30,180 nucleotides of DNA. It comes from a virus (taxonomy: Duplodnaviria; Caudoviricetes). Below are positions 1 through 8,066 of this stretch, one piece after another; position 1 is the stretch's first letter, and each line of letters opens with the position of its first letter. The notes under the pieces are model-generated. The model was not told the DNA's origin and did no database searches. It saw nothing but the letters and a program-made list of their open reading frames with translations. Location of the stretch: the IMG/VR virus record IMGVR_UViG_3300004805_000023, positions 1 through 30,180 of that record; one strand, given 5' to 3'. A program made the position numbers and the translations under genes.

Positions 1-1
1 A

Positions 2-202
2 TATAAATATTTGTGCCATGGCCATAAAGACGAATTGCGGCCAAATTGGTTAAAGGAAGTCTATTACGGTTGGACTCCTGATAATCAGATCCAGAATCTT
101 CATCCTGTAGCAAATGGCATCTGGAATGCCGAAGCTATAGATAAGTACGCTCTTCCTGATTATATAAAATCACATACGAATTTTATGAAAGAACTTGTTT
201 AA
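2..202 (+). CDS. C-terminal fragment of a 5'-truncated protein (possibly glycosyltransferase-like tail)
   Basis: Frame is open from position 2 (YKYLCHGHKDELRPNWLKEVY...NLHP...LPDYIKSH) to TAA at 200-202, directly abutting the next ATG. The product guess is weak. Confidence 0.6.
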   Translation, partial: YKYLCHGHKDELRPNWLKEVYYGWTPDNQIQNLHPVANGIWNAEAIDKYALPDYIKSHTNFMKELV

Positions 203-2017
203 ATGCTGGAAATTAAATCGGTTAAGTGGCGTAACTTTCTCTCATATGGTGATTATGAATCGGTATTATCGCTTGAAGATCCAGGAAGCTGTTTAATAAC
301 AGGTGAGATTGACTCTGGTAATTCCCCCCAAGTTGGGTCTGAAGATATTCGCAAATCTAATGGTTCTGGCAAGAGCTCTATTCCTAATGTCGTGTTGTGG
401 GGATTGTTTGGTCGAACCATGCACGCTTCGTCGGCAGGCGACTCTATTATTAATCACTTTACCGGCAAAACTTGTGAAGTTATCATCGATTTTAAAAATG
501 GCGATCAGATCATAAGGCGTAGACAAAAAGGTGGTACCACAGAAGTGTTATTTAGTAGGGATGGCGATGAGACTAGGATTTCTGCCGATACAGTCTCCAC
601 ATCTAAAGCCATGCAATCGCAGTTGAATAAGACCTTTAACCTCGACTATGACATATTTTGTGGCAGTGTATTCTTTAATCAGTATGGTCGGTCTTGGATG
701 GAAATGAGCGAAGTCGCAAGGAAAAAAGCTCTTGAAAAAATATTGAGAGTCGATAGGTTTAGTTTTTATGCCAAGATAGCGAAAGCTAAATCCGACAATG
801 CTCAATTCCTATTCACAAATATTAAATCTAAAATTACAGACCTTGAAGCAAATAGAGACAGAACTTTAAGCGATATCGAGTCTTATCGTGAAGAAAGTGG
901 CGCTTATGAGATCAAGAGAGCTAAAAGGATTTTAGATATAGATTCCATAATCGCGACTATTAATGAAAAAATCGGCAATATAACCATACCTGACATAGAC
1001 AAATTGACTGAAAAATGGAGATTGATAGAAAAGATTAAAGCTGAGATAGACAGATTGAAATCTGAAGACGCTGGGCACTTCAGGACGATCACCACGATAG
1101 AATCTAATTTATCTGTTTTAAAAAAGCGGCGCGATGAGGTTAATAAGCTACAAGGTAAGAGTTGTGTTGCTTGCCAACAGTCTATACCTTCAAGTATGAT
1201 AACTAACAATTTAGACAAGATCGATAAAGAATTAGAAATATTTAACACACAGTTAGTCGATGCTTCGGCAGCCAGAGAAGAAAGCAACAAGGTCATCAAA
1301 AAATATGAGGCGATGTTAGCTGCAAAAATCCCTAACATCACAATCATGGAAGCTAATAACCTCTCAACTATAGTTCTTAATTATAAAGCTGAGATAAAAA
1401 GGCTTACATTATTAAGGACAGAAGCGGAAACGGACAGCGACCCCAATCAAACTATCATTGAGCGGTTGGACGGAAGACTTAAAGACATTCTAGATAACAT
1501 CATAAAGAATAAGAGTGATTTAGAAGACATTACAATATTAGACAAGCATTATACATATTTATATAAATCATATAATGATAGAAATAAAGTTAAAAGCTTT
1601 ATGTGTGAAGAACACTTGCCTTATATTAATTCTAGATTAGAACACTATTTGGGTATACTTGGTCTAGACATTAAGATAAAGATCGAAAATGACCTTAGGA
1701 TAACTAGCAATATGTGGGGTTATGAGTATCAGTCGGGCGGCGAAAGGAAAAGAACGGATCTTGCTTTCATGCTTGCGTCTTATGATTTTTATGAAGTCAT
1801 GTACGGTAGACAATGTAATTTAATGGTTTTAGACGAGGTCGATGGTAGAATGGATGAAGATGGAATCGAAGGTCTTATAAGTATCATCAGAAATGATCTG
1901 TCATCTAGAATTGACAACATATTAATTATTTCGCATCGTAACCAAATGTTTGATGTTTTTGATAGGGAATTAAAGGTCAAAAGAATTAACAGATTTTCTG
2001 TACTATCTGGGAATTAA
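203..2017 (+). CDS. SbcC/Rad50-like recombination endonuclease ATPase subunit (T4 gp46-like)
   Basis: N-terminal WRNFLSYG, Walker A NGSGKSS, long coiled coil with zinc hook CVAC, ABC signature SGGERKR, Walker B LMVLDE, H-loop IISH. Confidence 0.95.
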   Translation: MLEIKSVKWRNFLSYGDYESVLSLEDPGSCLITGEIDSGNSPQVGSEDIRKSNGSGKSSIPNVVLWGLFGRTMHASSAGDSIINHFTGKTCEVIIDFKNGDQIIRRRQKGGTTEVLFSRDGDETRISADTVSTSKAMQSQLNKTFNLDYDIFCGSVFFNQYGRSWMEMSEVARKKALEKILRVDRFSFYAKIAKAKSDNAQFLFTNIKSKITDLEANRDRTLSDIESYREESGAYEIKRAKRILDIDSIIATINEKIGNITIPDIDKLTEKWRLIEKIKAEIDRLKSEDAGHFRTITTIESNLSVLKKRRDEVNKLQGKSCVACQQSIPSSMITNNLDKIDKELEIFNTQLVDASAAREESNKVIKKYEAMLAAKIPNITIMEANNLSTIVLNYKAEIKRLTLLRTEAETDSDPNQTIIERLDGRLKDILDNIIKNKSDLEDITILDKHYTYLYKSYNDRNKVKSFMCEEHLPYINSRLEHYLGILGLDIKIKIENDLRITSNMWGYEYQSGGERKRTDLAFMLASYDFYEVMYGRQCNLMVLDEVDGRMDEDGIEGLISIIRNDLSSRIDNILIISHRNQMFDVFDRELKVKRINRFSVLSGN

Positions 2018-2026
2018 ATATAAATA
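2015..2026 (+). promoter_or_regulatory. Tandem TAAATA boxes (includes TATAAATA at 2019-2026), putative gp55-type late promoter
   Basis: Exact match to the T4 late promoter consensus TATAAATA spanning the gp46 stop and the 10-nt gap before ATG 2028; no Shine-Dalgarno present. Confidence 0.5.
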
Positions 2027-2027
2027 T

Positions 2028-2579
2028 ATGGACACACAAGACATAGATCTGATTAAGCACTTTGCAAACACCGAAACGGTAAGGCGAAAACTAATTCGCT
2101 ATTTTATCGGAAAAGGATTTGTTGATTCGTTTGATAGATTAGTATATCCTCCTCTTTTACAGGATCTTCCTTTTGATCCTGACATTTGCCTAATAAATAA
2201 AGTCGAGGTAGTTCCTTACGCTTCTGAGATTGACACATCATTAGGTAGAGCTATCATTGGATGGAATTTATTTGTGCTCGGTAATAAGAGAATGTTTTTA
2301 GGCGAGACATTCCACAATAATTTAAACGATTTAGCTAGGCAGATTAAATCAGGTATTATTACCAAATCAGCGAATGGTATGTCTGGGGCTAGACGTCAGA
2401 CGACGGTATTTAAAATCATTAAATTCATAACTGATGTTCTTGCAGCGCATGAATCTGGTTACGTCGTGCTTGGGGCACCTAATAGGATGCCTAAGCAGCC
2501 AGGTGAGCCATATGCTGCACGACAGACCATGATGGGTATGCCAAATCAATTCTTTGGCCGCACGGCAATGGGTATTTAA
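2028..2579 (+). CDS. hypothetical protein
   Basis: 183-aa ORF filling the gap, convergent with the next gene; no recognised motif. Confidence 0.8.
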   Translation: MDTQDIDLIKHFANTETVRRKLIRYFIGKGFVDSFDRLVYPPLLQDLPFDPDICLINKVEVVPYASEIDTSLGRAIIGWNLFVLGNKRMFLGETFHNNLNDLARQIKSGIITKSANGMSGARRQTTVFKIIKFITDVLAAHESGYVVLGAPNRMPKQPGEPYAARQTMMGMPNQFFGRTAMGI

Positions 2580-2945
2580 TTACTTTAAAAATTTTAGTTT
2601 ATAAATCGTCTTATATAGTAGAGAGCTTATCTCTTGCATAATGTTTCCAAGGTGCCCGCACCCTGCAGGCATTCTTTCCGAAATTAATGATACTTCAGAT
2701 GCGAAAGATTCGAGATATTCAACTATTTCTGCATATTCAAGAAATAATTTATCGATTGGTTCTATAAGTCCAAATTGACCTTGATAGGTCTCTATCAATT
2801 CATCTGTCAACCCTAGTAACCCGTCATATAGTTCATTTAGTGCTATATGTGCTGAAAACATATCTGTCTTTAAATGTTCATTATGTGCGATTTGCCTTGT
2901 AGAAAATAATTTGATGAACATCTTTTGCATTAAACCTTTGTCCAT
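2580..2945 (-). CDS. ferritin/Dps-like four-helix protein (DUF5856-like)
   Basis: H-x2-T-x2-FSAHIAL-x2-LYD...D-x-L-x-ETYQG pattern and terminal YKLKFLK. Start moved to ATG 2945 because a GGAGA RBS lies at 2951-2955. Confidence 0.75.
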   Translation of the reverse strand: MDKGLMQKMFIKLFSTRQIAHNEHLKTDMFSAHIALNELYDGLLGLTDELIETYQGQFGLIEPIDKLFLEYAEIVEYLESFASEVSLISERMPAGCGHLGNIMQEISSLLYKTIYKLKFLK

Positions 2946-2964
2946 AGCCCTCTCCTTATTAATA

Positions 2965-2982
2965 GTAAATAACATTATTTAC
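2965..2982. promoter_or_regulatory. Inverted repeat GTAAATAA-ca-TTATTTAC giving a TAAATA box on each strand between divergent genes
   Basis: Perfect 8-bp arms seen directly; each TAAATA points toward one of the two flanking RBS/start codons. Confidence 0.55.
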
Positions 2983-2994
2983 CGAGGGCTGATT

Positions 2995-3609
2995 TTGGTA
3001 AGTCACATTATCTTAGCTAATTGTTCTGTAGAATATGATGGTCGAGGCTTGAGTAAACTATCGAGTGGTGTTTACCTGATTATTATTAAAGCCGACTCTT
3101 CTCTGCAGATTCACACATCAAGACTTATTAAACCGATCAATTATATGGCAGCAGGATCTAGGATAGAATTCGATGAAAATAAAATAATAGCAAGAAATAG
3201 AACTGAAGTTATCAAGATAACGATAAGTGAAATGATTCATTCTTTTAGCCCAGCGGAATGGCACGACAATAAAATACAAATGCTTCGTACTGAGGCCGAA
3301 TTGGTCCAGAAGCTGATTAGTGAGTTAAAGGCTGATTTCCCAGACGATGAATATATCGAAGAATATGATACCAAGTCGTTAGGGTTAATAGATCTTGTAA
3401 GGATTGATACATCTGCAGTTTATCATTCGTATGAAGTTAAAAGGAAAAAAGCTTCTATAGCTAATGTGTCACAAGCTATTAGATATGTCGAATATTTATC
3501 AGCTATAAATATGAAATGTGTAGGATACATAGTGGCTCCAAGTATTACCGGAAATGCTATGGAATACGCCGAAAGTAAACATATAATAGTCAAGATAATT
3601 GACTTCTGA
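2995..3609 (+). CDS. nucS: mismatch-specific endonuclease NucS/EndoMS
   Basis: N-domain ANCSVEYDGR...LIIIKADSSLQIH...KPINY; C-domain EY...G-x-IDL...YEVKR...VSQAIRY...GYIVAPSIT (PD-(D/E)XK with QxxRY). Likely TTG start at 2995 after GAGGG RBS at 2984-2988. Confidence 0.88.
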   Translation: MVSHIILANCSVEYDGRGLSKLSSGVYLIIIKADSSLQIHTSRLIKPINYMAAGSRIEFDENKIIARNRTEVIKITISEMIHSFSPAEWHDNKIQMLRTEAELVQKLISELKADFPDDEYIEEYDTKSLGLIDLVRIDTSAVYHSYEVKRKKASIANVSQAIRYVEYLSAINMKCVGYIVAPSITGNAMEYAESKHIIVKIIDF

Positions 3610-3625
3610 AGAACACGGTGAAGCC

Positions 3626-3820
3626 ATGAAAGGCAAAAAAGTAAAATGTCTGGGGTGGTGCGGCGGGACGCTTGTGAGTAATGACCCTGGTGTAAGATAT
3701 TGTAAACAATGCAGGAAGAAAAGAGATCACACCGAACTATCGGCCAGAGACGAACGAAGATTCATAGGCAATGATGACATAATTTGCCCAGACGGCCCAG
3801 ATGAACATTGGTTTAAATAA
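3626..3820 (+). CDS. small zinc-finger protein
   Basis: CLGWC...CKQC cysteine pairs; ATG 3626 after GGTGA. Confidence 0.7.
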   Translation: MKGKKVKCLGWCGGTLVSNDPGVRYCKQCRKKRDHTELSARDERRFIGNDDIICPDGPDEHWFK

Positions 3821-3830
3821 GGTGAATTAA

Positions 3831-4763
3831 ATGGCTAAATTTACTGAATGTGCTGCTGCTGGTTGTAAAGAAAGTCCTATAACTGATTCTAAAGACTTCA
3901 ATAGAAAATATGGTATAAAATTAGCTCTTTGCCAAGCACATTTTGACGAATTCTTTCAAAAATTCTCTGCTAAAAGAAATATTTCTTTAGGGGTTGATAA
4001 GAGCACTTTTGGTGGGAATCTTAACATATTTGGAATCCTTGCGAATGCATTGTCGCACTTTACTACTGAAGATAAATCGGAAAAATTGGTTTGCATTTTG
4101 TCTATGAAGTTTAATAAAAATCTAGGACCACAAATAAAAACACTTATATCTAGTGCTAGCGAATCGCAAGAAGATTTAGCTCCTGGAACCACATCAATAC
4201 ATTCTTCTGCATCTTTAAAGAGTGTATGGTGGCAGGCATTCTTTAAAACTGTTGGTATTACTCAGCCAAACAACCAAAAATGGATCATTCAATATGCTTC
4301 TAATAATAGTAAAAGCATTAAAGAATCAATCAATGAAGCCGTAGACGAAGAAGAGGACGTAGACGAAGAGGAAGCCGAACAAAAGCCCAAGAGATCTTGG
4401 ACAGACTGGGCAAAAGAAAAAGCTAGAGGCGCTAAGGATCTCCTTGATGCTGGCCCCAGTGGTAAATTCGGCAGAAGCAAGAATGAATTAGTTGCTAAAT
4501 TAGCTATTGATGGTGCCGTACAGGTTTATGATAAGGTAATTAATTCTATTTTAGGGACGGTAGATCTTCAAGAAAAGGACATTCCGGCACTTTATAAGAT
4601 ATATAATGATTATATATTACCTACTCTTCAAAAGAATAAGAAGTTCGGTAAAGCCGACGCTAGTGCCTTGGCTGGCGGCGATAAAAAATTAGAGGCAGAC
4701 ATTATAAAATCTTATAAAGGCATTACCCAACTGGCTACTCATCTTAAATTAGAGCCTATCTAA
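3831..4763 (+). CDS. hypothetical protein with N-terminal Cys/His cluster and acidic linker
   Basis: 310-aa ORF, AAGGTG RBS, TAAATA at 3814-3819, CAAAGC...CQAH, acidic VDEEEDVDEEE tract. Confidence 0.8.
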   Translation: MAKFTECAAAGCKESPITDSKDFNRKYGIKLALCQAHFDEFFQKFSAKRNISLGVDKSTFGGNLNIFGILANALSHFTTEDKSEKLVCILSMKFNKNLGPQIKTLISSASESQEDLAPGTTSIHSSASLKSVWWQAFFKTVGITQPNNQKWIIQYASNNSKSIKESINEAVDEEEDVDEEEAEQKPKRSWTDWAKEKARGAKDLLDAGPSGKFGRSKNELVAKLAIDGAVQVYDKVINSILGTVDLQEKDIPALYKIYNDYILPTLQKNKKFGKADASALAGGDKKLEADIIKSYKGITQLATHLKLEPI

Positions 4764-4823
4764 TACTATTTTATTATCCTTTTTTAGTCTATTCAAAATT
4801 ACTTAAATAGGCCCTAAGAGGAT

Positions 4824-5243
4824 ATGTCAATGGATATCATTTCGATTTTCTCCATGGCTGATACAGATTGGGTGAGTATAGTCGAGAAGTTCGGTATTCC
4901 AATGGGTATATTAGCTGCCTTTGCCTATTTCGTAGCGCAAGGCATTAGATGGTTTGGATGTAATGTGGTCGTCCCTATGAAGGACAGGCATATGAGTTTT
5001 TTAGACAACATGGAACATTGTCTAGATAAAATTACCGACTTGCAAACTAAGATTTTCGGTGACACTTCATCTATAAGAGCAGATATAGATCGAGTCGAAC
5101 GTAAAACTTCAGCTCTAGCTAAGGATAGCGGAATTTTAAGAGAAAAGGTAGAAGGTCTCATCATTCAGACTATGGCGCAGAATGGTAAATATGATAGTAA
5201 GATTGTCAATAGTTTACAATCTGACACACTCAAGGAGAAATAA
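4824..5243 (+). CDS. single-pass membrane protein with coiled-coil tail (holin-like topology)
   Basis: Hydrophobic segment FGIPMGILAAFAYFVAQGIRWF followed by a heptad-rich region; GAGGA RBS; TAAATA at 4804-4809. Holin function is inferred only. Confidence 0.65.
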   Translation: MSMDIISIFSMADTDWVSIVEKFGIPMGILAAFAYFVAQGIRWFGCNVVVPMKDRHMSFLDNMEHCLDKITDLQTKIFGDTSSIRADIDRVERKTSALAKDSGILREKVEGLIIQTMAQNGKYDSKIVNSLQSDTLKEK

Positions 5244-5245
5244 TA

Positions 5246-5575
5246 ATGTCAATGACCCCATTTCCAGTCGGATTACCAACTGAAGCGATTATGATCATAA
5301 TCGATAAATTGCGTGGTAGCGAAGTTCAAAATAATGACCTTATTTTAGCAGCTTGGAATTTAGCTGGATATTCACTTCAGCAAGTCGTACCAATTGCTCC
5401 TAAAGCGATGGCTTTGTCTGACGTTAAATTGGATGAATTGGCTTTTTCAAACGAAGAAGCAATTGCTAGTTTAGAATCGCTTTTGCCTAAGGGCGATGGA
5501 GAGGAAGTCGGTAAATTGCCATGGGGAAAAATCTTAAGAGTCGCGATAAAAGTAATCTTAGGTTTAATTATCTAA
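5246..5575 (+). CDS. hypothetical protein with amphipathic C-terminal helix
   Basis: AAGGAG RBS; ends LPWGKILRVAIKVILGLII. Confidence 0.8.
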   Translation: MSMTPFPVGLPTEAIMIIIDKLRGSEVQNNDLILAAWNLAGYSLQQVVPIAPKAMALSDVKLDELAFSNEEAIASLESLLPKGDGEEVGKLPWGKILRVAIKVILGLII

Positions 5576-5910
5576 ACAAACCGCGGCTTTTGTTTGCAAA
5601 GCCTGTATTTGCTTCTAAGCCTAGGTCTGCAAAGTGGAAAAAGGCACGAGCCGTTCATCTTGAAGCCAATGGAATGTGTTTGGCGTGTGGTGGTAGAGTT
5701 TCGCTTGAAGTTCACCACCTCATGCCTTACCATTTAGCCCCCGAGCTAGAACTCGATCCAAATAATCTTATCACATTATGCGAATCTGCTAGCCATTGCC
5801 ACTGGACTTTTGGGCACTTGTTAAATTGGCGTAGTTATAATCCAGACGCAAAAGCAGATGCGATTGCGTTTTTTCAAAAAATAATCAACCGACCCAAAAT
5901 CTTAGCCTAA
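5521..5910 (+). CDS. small HNH endonuclease
   Basis: RS-x-KW-x3-R, CLACG, LEVHH, NLITLC...CH...H; start codon uncertain. Confidence 0.85.
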   Translation: MGKNLKSRDKSNLRFNYLNKPRLLFAKPVFASKPRSAKWKKARAVHLEANGMCLACGGRVSLEVHHLMPYHLAPELELDPNNLITLCESASHCHWTFGHLLNWRSYNPDAKADAIAFFQKIINRPKILA

Positions 5911-7248
5911 ACCGTGAAAGAAACATTGTGTTTCGATTTCTTCTTTGCATCTCTTGACTATTCTTGTGCTCACGCCAAGATAATCAGCAAGATCAGTATT
6001 ATTGAGTTTTGCGCCTGGGTATTTTGAAGTATATTCGTGGAAACGGTCTATTTCACCATCTATCATAAAGCCAGAGCTCTGCACTTGCAAAATCCACACT
6101 ATCCTACTTAAATCATTTAAGTTATCCGCGACTTTATGTATTATCTCTTTGATTTCCACTTGAGTCTCATGATCATCACCAAATCCAAGCATAGCCAATC
6201 CTCCCTGAACTAAGTTGTCCAATCCTTCAGAATCATCGCCGTTTGAGTTCACACCGGTTCTACCGGTAGTGAATTTGATTTTTTCTTTAAATGTCTTTTT
6301 CATGCTGACACTCTGGTTTTTATTACTGATTATGACGATCTTATCATCGTGCAATTCGTGTATTATACCACAGTCGGTGTGGTTTTGCAATATCAGCATG
6401 ATGGAAATAATATCGTCAGTACCGCAAAAGAATGTGTCGAATATTATATGGTATTCATTGTAATCACTATTAATATCTCTTAGCATTCTATTAAGAATAT
6501 CTTCTTTGTTTTCTAAATCATGGAATAGATTGGTCGATATTAGCTGACCATTTGGTGCTTTGTACTTGACTTCAAAATTAGTGCCCGATTTCATTAAGAC
6601 CGCGGCGAAGGCGCTAATGATGCTCAATGAGGCAGGTACTTGGACTGTCTTCTCGGTCAAGTATTTCTGTTGTTGATTCTCTTTAATCACTTGTTGCTGA
6701 TAATTTGAGATATGCTTGCTGACGAACTTGATGAGGCTTTGGCGATCCGCCAAAATCTCGTCGCTATACTTCCTTTCACCCTTGTTCGCGAATATTGGTG
6801 ATCTTGATGATTCAATTATCGGTAATTCGCATTCATCAGGATTTTTGAACTCTTGGCCGACCATGATTCGGTTGCAACATGGCGAAATATGGTAGCATTG
6901 ATTAAACTGTATGGTCAGACCTATTTTATTTTGGTAGCTGGATGCTTTGCAATTCTGGCATGTGAAGCCGTTGATTTTACGGCTTACTAGAAGGTCTACC
7001 AGTGCTCTCCATAATGCAACTAAGTAATCTTGCTCTGATGTAGTAACATCATCTTTGTAGTCAGCACGTATTGTTCTATTAAACCTTTTTATAAATTTGG
7101 TTTTTGAGCGTTCTAATTCTGGTTCGTTGATGAGATTAGAAAATGTTAACTCGACTAATTGCTTTTCCTGTGGGTCGATTTCTTTCATTGATACGTTCAC
7201 TAAAGAACCTCGCAGGTAAAGCTTCGACAGTTGGCGTTCATAACTCAT
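5902..7248 (-). CDS. putative sigma-70-like factor with Cys-rich insertion and C-terminal HTH
   Basis: Region-2-like DDVTTSEQDYLVALWRAL and SLIKFVSKHISNY separated by CQNC...C..CC insert; region-4-like NNTDLADYLGVSTRIVKRCKEEI; GAAAGGAA RBS. Confidence 0.55.
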   Translation of the reverse strand: MSYERQLSKLYLRGSLVNVSMKEIDPQEKQLVELTFSNLINEPELERSKTKFIKRFNRTIRADYKDDVTTSEQDYLVALWRALVDLLVSRKINGFTCQNCKASSYQNKIGLTIQFNQCYHISPCCNRIMVGQEFKNPDECELPIIESSRSPIFANKGERKYSDEILADRQSLIKFVSKHISNYQQQVIKENQQQKYLTEKTVQVPASLSIISAFAAVLMKSGTNFEVKYKAPNGQLISTNLFHDLENKEDILNRMLRDINSDYNEYHIIFDTFFCGTDDIISIMLILQNHTDCGIIHELHDDKIVIISNKNQSVSMKKTFKEKIKFTTGRTGVNSNGDDSEGLDNLVQGGLAMLGFGDDHETQVEIKEIIHKVADNLNDLSRIVWILQVQSSGFMIDGEIDRFHEYTSKYPGAKLNNTDLADYLGVSTRIVKRCKEEIETQCFFHGLG

Positions 7249-7294
7249 TTGTAAATTCCTTTCATTTTGACAAACTTTTTTAGGAGTCCTCTCT

Positions 7295-8065
7295 ATGGCA
7301 AACTATTGTGATAGCGCCGTTTTGGAGAAAACCTGGTACCTTTGGATTCTGGGTTCGTCACACCCAGATCTTGAACAATACAGGGCCTACAATTTATTGT
7401 ATACAAAACCCTGCTCGCCGGCAATGGTTGACGGGAAAATTCTTAAAAAGCATGGGAAGGAATTGCTTGATCCTCGATCTGAGTATAAAATACATTGCTT
7501 AGCCCTTCCTATCCCAGTTTTTTTCAAATCCCGTAATAACATTGTAACAGGTCGATATCGTCTTTGCAATATCTCTTCTAAAACTCCTTTTACATTAGAT
7601 AGACGCTTGTTCACCATGGATAATATGTTTATGGGGAATGCGCTGAAGAATAATATGTTTAAACAGAAGTTAGATATCATTCCAAAGCTTTTGGAAGAAG
7701 GATATATCAAAGAGCAACCGACTTCGGCATCGTGGCATGATCTTCTTGCTGATATTGGCAAGATGTGCACAGGGATTAGTATGCGTTTTAATCTCTTAAA
7801 TGATGACGAATATAGTGATCTTTCGAATGATGCATTATTGCAAGTAATAAATAAATTGGTCAATAATAGGTTAGTATATACCCCCGGAAGAGCACCGGTA
7901 TTTAATTTGCTTACCACTACTATACATCGTTGCATGTTTAGTCTACTTAATAAGAAAAATAGTCAGAAAGCTGGTTTAAACAAATTGTTGTCAGATTCCC
8001 AATATAATCTCATACCAAAAATTAATAGGAGTCTTAAGACCCTAACACATAACCCGAGAAAATGA
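7295..8065 (+). CDS. T4 gp55-like late-transcription sigma factor with insertion
   Basis: N-terminal NYCDSAVL..W and C-terminal KMCTGISMRFN...DLSNDALL...PVFNLLTTTIHRCMFSLLNK resemble gp55 NYVNNKEL / LSRRFNF...NPHAYIT..FNAF; AGGAG RBS. Confidence 0.6.
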   Translation: MANYCDSAVLEKTWYLWILGSSHPDLEQYRAYNLLYTKPCSPAMVDGKILKKHGKELLDPRSEYKIHCLALPIPVFFKSRNNIVTGRYRLCNISSKTPFTLDRRLFTMDNMFMGNALKNNMFKQKLDIIPKLLEEGYIKEQPTSASWHDLLADIGKMCTGISMRFNLLNDDEYSDLSNDALLQVINKLVNNRLVYTPGRAPVFNLLTTTIHRCMFSLLNKKNSQKAGLNKLLSDSQYNLIPKINRSLKTLTHNPRK

Positions 8066-8066
8066 C

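Noticed and set aside
2-9. TATAAATA at the window start as a late promoter for the 11..202 ORF
   Set aside because: It lies in an open frame (YKY) continuing from upstream; the ORF is more likely the tail of a longer gene.
4341-4375. Short tandem duplication GTAGACGAAGA(A/G)GA
   Set aside because: Only two copies encoding an acidic VDEEE linker; not a CRISPR or regulatory repeat.
5574-5605. Possible hairpin (GGCTTT...AAAGCC) as terminator
   Set aside because: Weak stem, no clean U-tract, and it lies within the probable HNH coding region.
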